A model generated the notes under the pieces. The model did not search any database, had not been told where the DNA came from, and saw only the letters and a program-made list of their open reading frames with translations. A stretch of 64,000 nucleotides of DNA, taken from positions 85,439-149,438 of the forward strand of contig PDIP01000023.1 of assembly GCA_002811645.1 (NCBI GenBank), read 5' to 3'. The position numbers and the translations under genes are program-made. The DNA comes from Corallochytrium limacisporum Hawaii (taxonomy: Eukaryota; Protista; Pluriformea). This document shows, in pieces, positions 20,817 through 32,624 of the stretch. Numbering within the stretch: the first letter of the stretch is position 1; each line of letters starts with the position of its first letter.

Positions 20817-22128
20817 CTGCGGAAACAAGCAGAGATACTTGGCCAGACTCTCGCACGGGGAATTGACCGTCGGGATATGAAGACGAAGACATACCTTGAG
20901 CAACTTCAAAGCGACTCGGAGCAGCATCTGGTCATGGCTCAGGCCCATGCAGCTCGGTGTGATGAATTGCGGGCTCTGCATGCCACCCGCCTCAACACAT
21001 TGCACAAGGCCTTCACAGAAAATCTTCGCAGTCGCCAAAACGAATTTGACACGGAGCGCAAAGCTTTGCAAACGCGGCACGAGGGAAAACATGCAGGAGT
21101 TGAAAGGTGTCATGCAGACCATGATACAGGTCTACGAAGAGGTCGAGGCAATGCAGGAATTCCATACCGCAAGGGAACAGCTCCGGAATCAGGATGCCAA
21201 CGAGAATCATGCTCTGCGGAATGACCTCGAGCAACAGGTCAATGATTTGTGGGGTCAGTTCCAGACCGCCCTCAATAACTACACAGCAAACACAGCAGAC
21301 CAAAGCGAAGCTTTCCAACGGTCAAAACAGAAAGATGAGCAGATCGCTCAGGTGGATGCGTAAGCTGCAGAAGCTCCGCGACAAAATCGGCGCCATGCGT
21401 GCAAAAATTGTTGGTCTCAACCAGAAGAATGATGAACGGAACCACATCCTTCGCTCGGAGAAGGAGAACCTACAAAAGCAACTCCAGCAGCTAAAGATGC
21501 GGATGAACAAGTATCGTGAGGGAGAGAACCAGCGCCTGTTGGAGCTTACAATGGCCTCTGACCAAACCATGAAAGAACTACGTCGCAAGCGTGAAAAGGC
21601 ACGCAAAGTTTTGAAGCTTGCCGAAATCAGACCGAACAGGAGAAAGTGCTGCCCTTCTACGAAGACACCGCTTTGGACGGCGACGAGAAAAATGGTGTTC
21701 AAGCAGATGAAGTGATGCCTGACATTGTGCGCAGCCACGAAGCCGAGGACATCGCTGGAGAGAGCGAGTTCCAGACCCGTGCCCGCACCGTAGACGGTAA
21801 ATGTGTAAGTGAATATTCGTGCATGAATAACTTCTGGAAGCGCTACAATAAGATCCTGCTGGACCGTTTGGCCATGACCCGCAATCGTGACTCATTAGCT
21901 AACGAAAATGCCAAGCTAAAGGCTCTGCTGAAGCAGTACCTTGACGGCATATCGGTCTACTCTCAAACGGTTGTACAGCCCAACAACACTCTGCTCATGG
22001 TGAACAATCATAGTCGCCTGCCGATGTCTGTTAGTGTCAACGACCCGCGTGTGAAACGTGTGCAGCCTACTGTTGTCGATGCCAACACTGTTTACCGACA
22101 GCAGCAGTTGGGTCCTATTCATCGGTAA
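20817..22128 (+). pseudogene. CCDC65: CCDC65/DRC2 nexin-dynein regulatory complex subunit, frameshifted and 5'-truncated
   Basis: Four consecutive reading frames give EILGQT..EFDTERK, DLWGQFQ..NYT, MRKLQKL..KVLKLAEI and TEQEKVLPFY..NFWKRYNK..LKQYLDGISV. Shifts at ~21084, ~21355 and ~21629. Confidence 0.85.
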
Positions 22129-22240
22129 GCATGCTCCAAATATTCCATTGTGAAAGTTGTTTGAACATATTTACCCGGTGTGCGGGTTCGCAATTTCTAC
22201 CATTTCTTTGCTTCTTTTCCTAGTATTCTATTTGTGATAC

Positions 22241-22564
22241 TCAATTTTGATCTCCTAATGAATCAAGAGTGCTTTGCATTAGTTCTGCACGTTTCCGATA
22301 TGCTTCCTTAAGCTCTTCTGTGCGGCGATTTAGTTCTTTGCCAGAGATATTCGATGCCTCATTGTTTTCTAGCGCTCTGTGTGCGTTCTTGAATTGGTCT
22401 GCAACCCGTTCCGCTGCTTTGTTGCATTCGCTGACGTCCTTGTTCTTCTGAAGAGCGTCAATCAAGTCTAGTACTGATGGCAGAATGCGTAATTCCTCGG
22501 CCAACGTTTTTGACTCCTGGCCCATTGGATCGTCATCCACTTTCATTGATACCATGTCTGCCAT
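22241..22564 (-). CDS. MED9: Mediator subunit 9-like
   Basis: 107-aa helical protein. ILPSVLDLI...FKNAHRAL...ISGKEL...EELKE..KRAELM follows the Med9 pattern. Confidence 0.65.
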   Translation of the reverse strand: MADMVSMKVDDDPMGQESKTLAEELRILPSVLDLIDALQKNKDVSECNKAAERVADQFKNAHRALENNEASNISGKELNRRTEELKEAYRKRAELMQSTLDSLGDQN

Positions 22565-23395
22565 ACTCGTGCAGATCCAACATAGAGAAAATCAGATATT
22601 GATGTTGCTGCTAGAAGATGGATTAAGTCTATTTTTGATACGTTTCAAATAGTCAGAGGAAAACTCAATTGCATGCATTTGTTGCATGTTATTTGTCACA
22701 ACAACCCCCTCGGGTTCCCCGGCAAAGCCCTCCCGCGAGACCTCTCTGGATGAGAAGGCGGCGAGCGGAAAATCCTGGGATTTGGGATGGTGGCTCCTCC
22801 CCCCCCTCCCGGCAGTGGGGCCGAGCCATCGCCATGTCAGACACTTTTGACTCGAAATACCTGGACTACGTGATGTGTTGATGGAGGAGTGCGTCCCTAG
22901 ATAGACAAAAATTGATACTTGAACCAGCTCTGGCATCTATTGAACAACATTTTTCGATGTGTCCCATGGTGGATCGATGGTCTGTGTCGGACACTGGGAA
23001 CGAAGTAGACATCCGAAACACCTCAACTCCTGCTATGTGACCAAAGACTAAGAGTTACGGGTTCTTGGATCATGTATGATTTATCCATCTGTCTGTAGCG
23101 TTGACAGAGATGATTTCTTTGAAGTTCAGTGAACGCTGACCCAGAGGCAGCGTAGTTGTCATCGAGACAAGTTTGGAAGAGTTGGATCTCTCTGCACCCA
23201 TTCAAGTTGCAGTCAGGCCCCGGCTGAAGTAGCATGGTTTTGAATGACATGAGTAAACATGGTATTCGAAAGGCAATTTATCTCAATGATAGAAGATACA
23301 CCACAGGTTGGCTTATTTTGTTATTCGTTTTCTGCGTTGACAGGCCCCTATGCAAATCGGAACTGTGCCTGCATGTTTCTTGCTGGAAGGTTTCT

Positions 23396-23992
23396 TTACA
23401 AGAGAGCGCAGGCCATTTTCTTCTTCTTACGGCTCATCAGAGCAGCACGAGTTGCTGCCTCGAACACCTCCTTTACGTTGTCCTTGGTCTTAGCCGAACA
23501 CTCCATGTACTTGTGGGCTCCGATGCGCTCTGCCATGGCCTTACCCTGCTCAAACTTGAGAGGCTCTTGCTTCATCTTTGCCAGCTCCTTCTTCGTGTTC
23601 TCATCGTTACGCAAATCCTTCTTCAGACCCACAAGGATGACAGGAACGTTAGGGCAGAAGTGGTTGACCTCAGGGGCCCACTTCTCAGGGATGTTCTCCA
23701 GACTGTCGGGGTTGTCGACAGCAAAGCACATGAGGATAACATCTGTATCGGGGTAAGACAGAGGACGCAGACGATCGTAGTCTTCCTGTCCGGCGGTATC
23801 CCATAATGCCAATTCTACGACCTTGTTATCGACCTCGATGTCTGCAACATAGTTTTCGAACACAGTCGGAACGTAAACCTCCGGGAACTGATCTTTTGAG
23901 AAGACAATCAACAGACAGGTCTTACCGCAGGCACCATCACCGACAATGACCAACTTCTTGCGGATCGTCGCTGCTCCCTTAGCCTTAGCCAT
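23396..23992 (-). CDS. RHOA: Rho-family GTPase RhoA/Rho1
   Basis: [55 protein letters not shown], polybasic tail plus CALL geranylgeranylation motif. Confidence 0.98.
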   Translation of the reverse strand: MAKAKGAATIRKKLVIVGDGACGKTCLLIVFSKDQFPEVYVPTVFENYVADIEVDNKVVELALWDTAGQEDYDRLRPLSYPDTDVILMCFAVDNPDSLENIPEKWAPEVNHFCPNVPVILVGLKKDLRNDENTKKELAKMKQEPLKFEQGKAMAERIGAHKYMECSAKTKDNVKEVFEAATRAALMSRKKKKMACALL

Positions 23993-24114
23993 TTTTGCGA
24001 ATTGTGCAGTTGCCTTCCTGGTATCTCACTACACAAAGCCACGTTCTATGATCACACACAATTACAAGAGTACAGCATTACTGGAACATTTACCCAACAG
24101 AGCTTGCAAGTTTC

Positions 24115-24123
24115 GAATACCTG
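24115..24123 (-). promoter_or_regulatory. Recurrent upstream element CAGGTATTC (Rho)
   Basis: GT at 24120, 128 nt before ATG. Confidence 0.55.
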
Positions 24124-26343
24124 CGATCTAGGTAACAACCATTCTGTCAATGAGTGAGTTCCACTTGGCGCCTTGGTTGCCAAAAAAATCTTCAACGCCT
24201 GCACGCGAGGTCTCCAACCTTAAACTTGGCAGAAGGAGCAACAGACACAAAGAAAATGTTCGAAGAAACCCCCGTGCACAAGCAGAGGCACAAAAGAGAC
24301 AGCAACCGTTGGGAGAGAGATAGCTAGAGATAGCATCAATCCCTTTTCCGTGTGTGTGTGTGTCGCGGCTATACCCGTCCACCACCAACACCAACACAGA
24401 GACTGCCGCAACTTCCACGGCCAGGGAGTTGCCAGCTGGGCAGCCAGTGTACCACGCCCTACTCCCACCACTTTGGCATAAAGGAATTTCTCTATATATT
24501 TTGTACTGGAAAGAAATGCGCTTTGGTGGGCAATGTCGAGTGCGAACAGCTACGGTGGAGTTGTTTTATTCTGTGTGCCTCCTCCCTCCCTCCTCGCCGT
24601 GTCCCCTCTCTTCCGCATTTTTCTCCTTTTTGGCGCCGCTCCAAGCGTTTTGATTGGTAGAAAACCCCTGGAAAGGGTGCCACCAGCAGGCAAGCAGGAG
24701 AAGGGAAGGCCGAGGAGAGTGTGACCGACAAAAAAAACAAAAAAAAAACATTGACAGGGACGACCTCCGAAAACAACAGCGGACAAAGGCGTTTGGGACG
24801 TTCACAATTTAATCTATATTGCGCGGACATGGTTTGAAAATATAGTATATTTTCAATAGTCAATCAGAACTTGGAGAGACGGACAGGCTGCCAGCAGGTA
24901 TGCGGCAGATGTGTTGCCATTGAGATCGGTCCACACCCATTTCGTGCTTCATGCAAATAGAGTCGTTGCTGGCGCGCGTCATTTTCCGCAGTTTGAGCGT
25001 GTAGACCCCCTGGCTGTGGTCAAAGAATGGGTAAAATACTGCGAAATTTGAGGCAAGAAGCAGAGGGCAGGGCCCAGGGACTGGGGAGGTGGTGAGGGGG
25101 GGGGTTGCCCGAAGGCAAGCGCCCTTCGGGCCCTTCCAAATGAAATATTAGCAATTTTTCCCATTAGATATATGGGACAACTTTGAGCCCCATTCTCGCT
25201 GGCTCAGCAACAAGGTCCCAGTCCCACTGCATGGTGGCGCTGACCTTTAATTTCACGCGCCCATTGCCGGGCTGGTCAAAACAAACGACAATAGGTTACC
25301 CAGGGATAGTCGTCAGGTTTTTATTACTGAATGTACTACTTCAAAAATTAACGCTAGGATATCGTGCCCACATATTTGTTCGCATTCAACGGAACACTTC
25401 CATTTCCTCCACAACCCCGCACCAGCGAAAAGTGGTTTGGTCTTTGATAAAATTCTAGCCAATGAGCGAACGGAATACCGTTCGATTGTCAAATGAGAAG
25501 CCAGGGAGCCCGCGTCAATTTTTTCGATTCGCAGCAGCAGCCAGCGGCGCAGAAGAGGTGGGGGTTTTAGGAGACGCGCATCAACGCAAAGAATCAAGGG
25601 TGCCGGTACCTCCTGTACATGTAGAGTGCGATAAATCTATACAATTAGAGTGAAAGCAAACAAGATGTTTCTCAGGAGTCTTTACGATGCCTATCCGGAC
25701 GCCAAACCGGAGCCCTAGGCGACAACACTAGGCTGGCGATGGTCTTGCGCTCTAGGCCATTGTTCCGTACTAGAATTGTGTGTGAGTTCATCCCCGTACG
25801 GACCCGCAACCAACCAACCAACCAACCGACCGACACCCTAAAATATCGGACCGTTAGAAAAATTGTTATAGAAACAACGGCAGAGCGAGCTACAGCACAG
25901 TGTAGCACAGCTGGAGTCCTTGCGACACAACTAAACCCCCAAACTCTCAGCATTTCTGGCAGTTCTGGACTCTGTGTGCACCTAAAGAACGGAACTTGGG
26001 AACATATCGCGCGCGGCCTGTGCATGCCCCTGTTCGTTTGAACATGCATCACCCATACTGTAACAATCGCCGCTGATTGGTTCGCCAGTTCGGTGGAAAC
26101 AGGGGCCTATTTTATCAACAGAATCGGTCTCGTCGAGAGCGGGGGGAGTTGAATTTGATATACGTGCACTTGAAATTTCGTGACCGACTGGCTGCCTGGC
26201 AGAGCGGGGCGGAAAATGTGGAGCACCTGGGAGTCCCAATCTCTGCGTGTGCCTTGCGTGGTTGAGTGGGGGTAGGGGCTGTGTACGGGAACGGGGTGCC
26301 GCTTGTTTGGAGTTTACTGACAGTGAAGGACCTGTTGTGCTTG

Positions 26344-26352
26344 AAGGTATTC
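26344..26352 (+). promoter_or_regulatory. Recurrent upstream element AAGGTATTC (MRPL10)
   Basis: GT at 26347, 142 nt before ATG. Confidence 0.5.
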
Positions 26353-26488
26353 TTTCTCTACGACGTATTAAGAACCATAGTAAATCGGCAATTATAATTG
26401 TAAGTGATTTCTTAAATGATTGAATCTAGTATGGCACCATTGGAAAGAAGATAGGGATTTGAAAAGTAGTCAGAGTAGCACAGAGAAC

Positions 26489-27271
26489 ATGAATCTGCCG
26501 CGGGCATTCGGAGGGTTAAGATACGTGACCTTACGGTCATCTAGAGCGATCCTGGCAATTAGAGCCAGGGGAATGGCAAATGTGACAAATATTCTGCCTG
26601 AGGAGTACAGAGATGAGAATCAGGCTCTGAAACTTCGTAATCGTGTGGGTCAGCTCCGGAAGTGGCCTGTCTTCACCCCCTTTCGAGGTTCCAACTTGCT
26701 CAAGGAGTATGAAGTCAGTGTATGGAAGCCCATTCTACATTCCGAGGCATGGCTTCTTTACTTTGACAACTATCTAAACCACGAAGAGTACATGACAATC
26801 AAGAATGCAAAAGAGAAAGAGGGACACACTATTCGTCGGGCAACCAGTCGGATTATTCGACCTTACCTTGCCACCACAAACATGAAGAACATGCGAAATT
26901 TCTTCCGGGGCCGTATACATGTTGTCTATAGTGCAGACCCTGAACAGACCTTGGACTTTGCCAAAGCTATGAAGCATGTACAAACTGTGGCAGGTGACAA
27001 ATTAGAATTGATTGGTGGCAAGTTCGGAGACTTCCTGCTGGATGCCGAGCAGGTCCGTGAGGTCAGCAAGCTACCTGCAGTGGCCGATTCCCAAGGACAG
27101 ATTGTAGGTATGCTGCACCATTCTCTGCAGCAACTGACTCAGATCAACCAGCCTGCACAACTGTTGCGTCAGCGTTTACAGCAGGCACCTCAGCAGTTCT
27201 CTATCAACTTATCGCAGATTGAGGAGAAGTTCAAGGGCGACACAGGCGAGGACAAAGGATCAGCAAAATAA
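26489..27271 (+). CDS. MRPL10: Mitochondrial ribosomal protein uL10m
   Basis: R-rich presequence-like N-terminus. LELIGGKFGDFLLDAEQVREVSKLP..SQGQIVGML is the L10 C-terminal signature. ATG at 26489. Confidence 0.75.
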   Translation: MNLPRAFGGLRYVTLRSSRAILAIRARGMANVTNILPEEYRDENQALKLRNRVGQLRKWPVFTPFRGSNLLKEYEVSVWKPILHSEAWLLYFDNYLNHEEYMTIKNAKEKEGHTIRRATSRIIRPYLATTNMKNMRNFFRGRIHVVYSADPEQTLDFAKAMKHVQTVAGDKLELIGGKFGDFLLDAEQVREVSKLPAVADSQGQIVGMLHHSLQQLTQINQPAQLLRQRLQQAPQQFSINLSQIEEKFKGDTGEDKGSAK

Positions 27272-27523
27272 CATCTCCATTTATCATTCTCATTGACATC
27301 ATCACATGTTTCATCATTAATTAAAAACATTTTAAGATCTGGATTCTATGGCATGGTTTACTACAGACGATTATGATATGTATTGATATTGATGGACTAT
27401 ATACTTGCAGTATGTTCATGTTGGTGCTATGGATCTGATACGATGGTGCGATCTGAACATAAACTTTACCTCGCATGTAGGCGAGTAATAAACTAGTACG
27501 ATGATGAACGATTTGGAATTACC

Positions 27524-28345
27524 TTAGGCCACCTTTTGACGCTTCGTCGTTCGTTCTTCTTCACCATCAACTTCACGCTTAACATTGCCGTCTTGCTCCT
27601 CATAATCCTCCTGCTTGGTCTCATCTTGTTGCGCTGAAATCATCTTGATATACTGTCTTAGATTGTCAGGAACATTAGCCTCAGCGCCACTGATCTGTTC
27701 CGGTGTGCTCTTTCCGGGCGCTGATAGTCCAAAGTCAAGGCCCATGCGCTTCATGATCTCTATCTCGTCGTGGAACACGAACGGCTGATCCAGTTGAATA
27801 AGGTAAGAGTCACGCTCGGGGGACACAAAGATGTCCACCTCTGTGTCGGAACGCGTCTTCAAAAGCAGGAACGGAAGACGGAGCCGGTCAGCTTGCTGAG
27901 ACCCTTCCAGCTGACGCTTCTTATTGCGGGCAACAAGGTTCTTGAAAGTAAGAATCTGTACACACAGCGCATTGATGGCCCGCTTCTTGTCCCGAATCTT
28001 CTCCTCCGCATCTTGAATGCGAAGCTTCAGGTTGTTGACCTCTTCCTCAGAGTTTGTGGGCAGACCCTGCCAATGGATCTTTTTCTCTTCCTGAGTGATA
28101 ATGTTCAGGGCCTTGAAGACGTTGAGGACATCATATACACGACGACGAATGTTCTTCTCGTCATAGCCATGTTCGGGCTTCTCACCGCGTTGGTTTTTCT
28201 CCGTTAGATCCCGAACCAATTCTTCAGCCACTCCATTGTAGGAAGTGGTACCCTTCTCACGGACAGTCTCACACACTCGCCAGCTAAAGCGACGCATACC
28301 CTGCGTCTTCTTCTCCGGTGTAGGATTTCCCTTCTTGGTGGACAT
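27524..28345 (-). CDS. TFDP1: Transcription factor DP (E2F dimerisation partner)
   Basis: GMRRFSWRVCETVREKGTTSYNGVAEELV, YDEKNIRRRVYDVLNV (DEF box), WQGLP, LPFLLL, HDEIEIMKRMG. ATG at 28345. Confidence 0.95.
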   Translation of the reverse strand: MSTKKGNPTPEKKTQGMRRFSWRVCETVREKGTTSYNGVAEELVRDLTEKNQRGEKPEHGYDEKNIRRRVYDVLNVFKALNIITQEEKKIHWQGLPTNSEEEVNNLKLRIQDAEEKIRDKKRAINALCVQILTFKNLVARNKKRQLEGSQQADRLRLPFLLLKTRSDTEVDIFVSPERDSYLIQLDQPFVFHDEIEIMKRMGLDFGLSAPGKSTPEQISGAEANVPDNLRQYIKMISAQQDETKQEDYEEQDGNVKREVDGEEERTTKRQKVA

Positions 28346-29699
28346 GATTAGCAAACTACTTCAATTTGTTATCCTTTGGACTACTAGGGATTGTACGTTG
28401 CAGAACTCCTTACTATTACTTCTTAAACACCTGCTCGCCAAACGATTTGGCTCCATTGCGTTCAGGAAGCCATTAAACGGACAGCCACGACATCGAACTC
28501 AACAGCACAGAAATGCGGTCACGAAAAGCAAACAGAATTTGTCAAGAAATATTTGACGAATGAATGAGAACTCTGCCGTTAGTCGCGTCCGCACGGGAAG
28601 TACTATCTCATCCGTCGCTGTGCTAAAACCAACCATTTCCTACTTCCGAAGGTTTTCCGTTGCGCACAGGACCAACCGCACCAACTCGCCCGCGGTTCCT
28701 TTTGTGCTGCGTCTGCGGCACCAGTGCCTGAGCTAGGGACCCAAGGCGTGCTGCTGTTTGTGTGGGGCCGTCGGCCGTCGGCAGTGAACCCAAAAAGCAA
28801 AAAAAGAAATCCCTCCCCGGTTGCCCGCATCACAGGGCCACCGGGACATCGAGAGCTGTTGGGTACTGAAACAACGGCTGAATTTCAGCAGGCATGGCGG
28901 GAGCCGGTACAACTTCGTCACCGGGAGCCGGGACGCTAAGAAAAATGATCTTCGGTGGCAGTCAATACACGACCCGGGGAACGGCGAGGGAGAACAAAGA
29001 AGAGAAAGAAATCGCAGACAAAAAGCAGAAAAGTGATCTGAGGGAGGCGGTACGTTCCAGTACGGAAACGTAGCGTATCGAACAGAGCCCCAAAAAAAAA
29101 ATTAAGGGCAGCGAGGGGTGGTGGTGCATGGGCCACCGGCCGCATTCCAAACGACCCCAAATTTTTCGAGAGAGTACGCTTTGGCTTCTCGGCAGGTTCA
29201 ATTTTTTTCGGTCGAAACCGAAGCGAATCTGCAGCGCTGGGGACAGTAGGGTCTATTTCAAGCGTTCGCCGGTAAGTAAACTTTGGGTAACAGACAGTGC
29301 GGTTCATGGTCTGCTAGGAGGGGGCGGGCGGCCAGTGTGCTTTTTGCTTATTTTTCCGCCCCCGGGCTCTCGGAACAGAGGGCGCTCCCCTTTGTGGCTC
29401 GGTGTGTCTCACTCACTGTTAATTTTTTATTGTTTCTCCCTTTGTATCCCACAGAGGCAAAACGCTGGGTCTCCACCGAACCCCGCAGAGGAGGGGGAAG
29501 GCAGCAGCAAACACGCCCCTGGGAGCGACAGGGAGGTTTCCGTCTTTTTCCCTGTTCTCGGCCGAATGCTGCGAAAAGTCAGTACATTAGGTACCAGCAG
29601 CCCCTTGCGTTCCACCACAGATTCCAATAGTTCCCTTTCGCAGGCGGAGTACGGAGCAGCGAAGGCCCCCTATCTCCGTACCCGACCGTGAATGGGAGC

Positions 29700-29714
29700 T
29701 TTTGCGCGCGAAAA
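29700..29714. promoter_or_regulatory. Near-palindromic E2F-consensus site TTTTGCGCGCGAAAA upstream of DP
   Basis: Contains TTTCGCGC on the minus strand. Related GCGCCCGCGCAAA at 29756-29768. Confidence 0.45.
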
Positions 29715-30027
29715 CTCATGACCGCAGCCTATCAGTAGTCAATGTACGGCCCTTAGCGCCCGCGCAAAGTTTGCTTTGGGGCCTAATTTTTCATGTGCAT
29801 TTCCTCCATGGATCGAAGCTACGTCCCCCCCCCCGGGGGCCATATAATTGATTAAATATTATTGATTTATATATCTGAGACAGCGGTAGCGGCAAATTCA
29901 TACGTGTTTGAGGTTGTTGGGCGTCAACGGACCATTGGGAGTCTTCCGTTGCGGTGGTGCGCTAGTACAGTTAACATGTTACATCAACAAGGATAGTTGG
30001 ACTTTAATCATACATGGAAAAGTGATG

Positions 30028-30417
30028 TTATGTTGACGATGACGCTGATGCCTGTTTGCTGATGTAGTCGTCGATAATTTGCTCTGCGATTACACGGATC
30101 TCTGCTTCCAAAGCCTTTGATTCCATGGTGTCTTCTAGATCAGCAAACAGGCTGCTCGGGAACTTTCCACTTTTCAATTGGTTCCGTACTTGTGTTGTGA
30201 ATGCAAGAGGTCTTTCCCGAGAGATATTTTCCCATCGCTCTGATATCCGCTTGTCAATGCGCTCAGTCGCAAACCTTTCCGCCTTTTCCTCGATCTTTCG
30301 CGACCTCACTTTTGCCATTGCTTGGTCAACAATTTCATGGTGATCTTTGAGATCTTCGATCATTTCTTTTTGCAACTGCTGCAGCTCGCTCTCCAAGATT
30401 CGGTTCATTTCGACCAT
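30028..30417 (-). CDS. Hypothetical small helical/coiled-coil protein (129 aa)
   Basis: ATG in GCCATGG context at 30417. Charged amphipathic composition. No recognised family. Confidence 0.55.
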   Translation of the reverse strand: MVEMNRILESELQQLQKEMIEDLKDHHEIVDQAMAKVRSRKIEEKAERFATERIDKRISERWENISRERPLAFTTQVRNQLKSGKFPSSLFADLEDTMESKALEAEIRVIAEQIIDDYISKQASASSST

Positions 30418-30698
30418 GGCGAATAGAATCGCGCGCACTATTTCTGTTTCTTCACATCGGGATTTGGAAACCACTATACACCTCTTTATCAGATTTTCAA
30501 ATTTTAAAATGACTTTCTTTATCGCTCGAGAGTTTGCCCCGCTATTGCTGCAGTCCTTCAGGGACAGTTTGAAATAACTTTCCAGGGCAGGAGTGTGGCA
30601 TATTACACTGCCAATGCGAGGGGAGCCAGTCAGCCCCACCCCACCAGCGCGCCCTCCCTCTTGCAAACAAACGAGACGGGCAGGCAACCCGTGGCATC

Positions 30699-31613
30699 TT
30701 ACTGTGGCTTCAGATCCTTGAGGTCAATTTCAAAGTCACCAGTCTCCTGCCTGACGCGCACGGTGTTCTTTTTGAAATAGTTCTTTAGAGCATCAATATT
30801 GGCCCAGCGGTGATCGATGACCAGCCATCCCTTGCGATCTGAGCTGAAGTCCTCGCCAATCAGCAAGGGAAGATCTTTCCAAGCGTCATAGCTCAGGTGG
30901 TGGATCACGGCATCCAAACGCTTGAAAGCTGTCCGTTTCTCATTGATACTCAGCTCCTTTGCAAACCACACCAGTTGCGATGATGCCAATTTCTTTCGCT
31001 GTTCTTTAATGAAGAGCTGGGGATCTTTGGTAATCCGCTGCAGTTCGTGGGTGCGGTGTGCATGCTGCTCCCAGGCGTGCCGAGGCAGGTCCAACTCGTC
31101 CCGCATTAAATACCACTGTTCTTTAGTTTTGTGTGTTGATTCCTTGACTCTCTTCGGTTTCAATGTGCCCCGCTTCTCACCCAACTCCGACAAAGCCCCA
31201 CCGTCTCGCGAAGCTGCCTTGCCTGGCTTGTGCTTCGAAATCAGTCCCATTTGCTCCAGCAGTTGAACCGTTACCACACGCCCGGATTCAGCCGAGACCA
31301 TGTATGGAGGTATGTTCAACTTCACCTTGACAGGTTTCTTGCCCTCACCTCCAGATGTATAAAACTTGAGCATGTGATGCTGAGGGAGTTCATGGAGGCG
31401 GTCACTCGCCGCCGCATTCATGATCTCGTTCCATTTGCTAAGTGACTGGCTATTGACAGCCTGTTTGATCGGATCACTGCCGAATTTGTCAGGATGCACT
31501 TTGAAAATAAACTGTCTGATTAACGTGTTCACCCCATCTTTTCCATCTGTGCCTGTGGAATATTGCCTGACCGCGAGTCTTGGCGGGCTCAGCCGGCTCA
31601 AGATTCGCAGCAT
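30699..31613 (-). CDS. DUF4460/TCAIM-like mitochondrial protein (J-like HPD domain)
   Basis: Presequence MLRILSRLSPPRLAVRQY, then LIRQFIFKVHPDKF..VNSQSL. Confidence 0.75.
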   Translation of the reverse strand: MLRILSRLSPPRLAVRQYSTGTDGKDGVNTLIRQFIFKVHPDKFGSDPIKQAVNSQSLSKWNEIMNAAASDRLHELPQHHMLKFYTSGGEGKKPVKVKLNIPPYMVSAESGRVVTVQLLEQMGLISKHKPGKAASRDGGALSELGEKRGTLKPKRVKESTHKTKEQWYLMRDELDLPRHAWEQHAHRTHELQRITKDPQLFIKEQRKKLASSQLVWFAKELSINEKRTAFKRLDAVIHHLSYDAWKDLPLLIGEDFSSDRKGWLVIDHRWANIDALKNYFKKNTVRVRQETGDFEIDLKDLKPQ

Positions 31614-31754
31614 GGTGAACCGTATCTGCTCTTTGTTATCGATCGACTACCTTGAAGATCATCCCCTGCATTTCCGACCTAAAGGCCCTTTATGAACTGG
31701 CTGTATATTTGTAATAGAGTCGTTATTGCGGAAGTTTCTGCTATCATGGGTTAG

Positions 31755-31763
31755 AAGTACCTG
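31755..31763 (-). promoter_or_regulatory. Recurrent upstream element CAGGTACTT (TCAIM-like)
   Basis: GT at 31760, 147 nt before ATG. Confidence 0.55.
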
Positions 31764-32115
31764 TCCGACTTATTCCAGAATCGCACCTGGGGGGTCACTC
31801 GGATCCTCCCACCCACCCGAACCCCTCCGCTGAAAATATTGAGCACGGATAGGTCCAGGGTTGGTGGGGACCGCGGATTCTCCCACTTGCCTCCCTGGTC
31901 CGAACGACACCGACTGTCCGGAGATTTCCAGGTCCACCATACCAATATGAAAGAGCATGTCATGACCACGCTGGCAATAAACACAATAACTACACGAGCT
32001 GAGTGAATCGAGTTGATCGACTGCAAACGTAGGCCTATGGCAAAATCTTAATCTTTAATCAACGGAATGCCAGGAGATGTTAGCACTTTGGGAATTTTGA
32101 AATTACGGGATCTCT

Positions 32116-32487
32116 TCATATCTCTATGGCCTTGTCCGCAGTATTATCTATTGAACCACGTCTTTGTACCTGCATTATGCGACGATTGGCACTAATTTTC
32201 TCACCGAACAATTCCTCCACTTCTTCAGTAAAGTTTCCAGCCCCTTCTTCCACGAATTTGTGCACGACTGCGCGACTTTTAGACTTGAACTGGATACATA
32301 CAATCATAATGTCTGCTGTGTCTGTCTCTACATCCAATATATCCGCTTCCGTGAAGCCTCCTTCGCTCACGCTTGTGTCCACATAACTACGGATGAATTT
32401 AATGGCCTCCGAGTAAATCGACGGGTCCATTGTGACATTTAACTCATACACAACCGTGCCTGCACTCTTTGTATTGACTGACGCCAT
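32116..32487 (-). CDS. DUF4286-family protein (bacterial-like)
   Basis: VVYELNVTMD...GGFTEADIL...CIQF...ELFGEKISANRRIM follows the DUF4286 pattern. Confidence 0.7.
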   Translation of the reverse strand: MASVNTKSAGTVVYELNVTMDPSIYSEAIKFIRSYVDTSVSEGGFTEADILDVETDTADIMIVCIQFKSKSRAVVHKFVEEGAGNFTEEVEELFGEKISANRRIMQVQRRGSIDNTADKAIEI

Positions 32488-32624
32488 GTTGCACCCTTCT
32501 TTCTCAATGAGTTAGCACCCTCTCCTTACTTCTCTGCACACTGTTTCGTTGGAGTGGTCTTCACTGAATGTGTTCGTCTGGACGGCTGCCATGTTCACAA
32601 AGTGTAGGTTCAATTGTCCTTGTC

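Noticed and set aside
21352-21370. 19-nt GT-AG micro-intron that would repair DRC2 frameshift 2
   Set aside because: It would delete the conserved MRKLQ residues and does not fix the other two shifts or the missing N-terminus.
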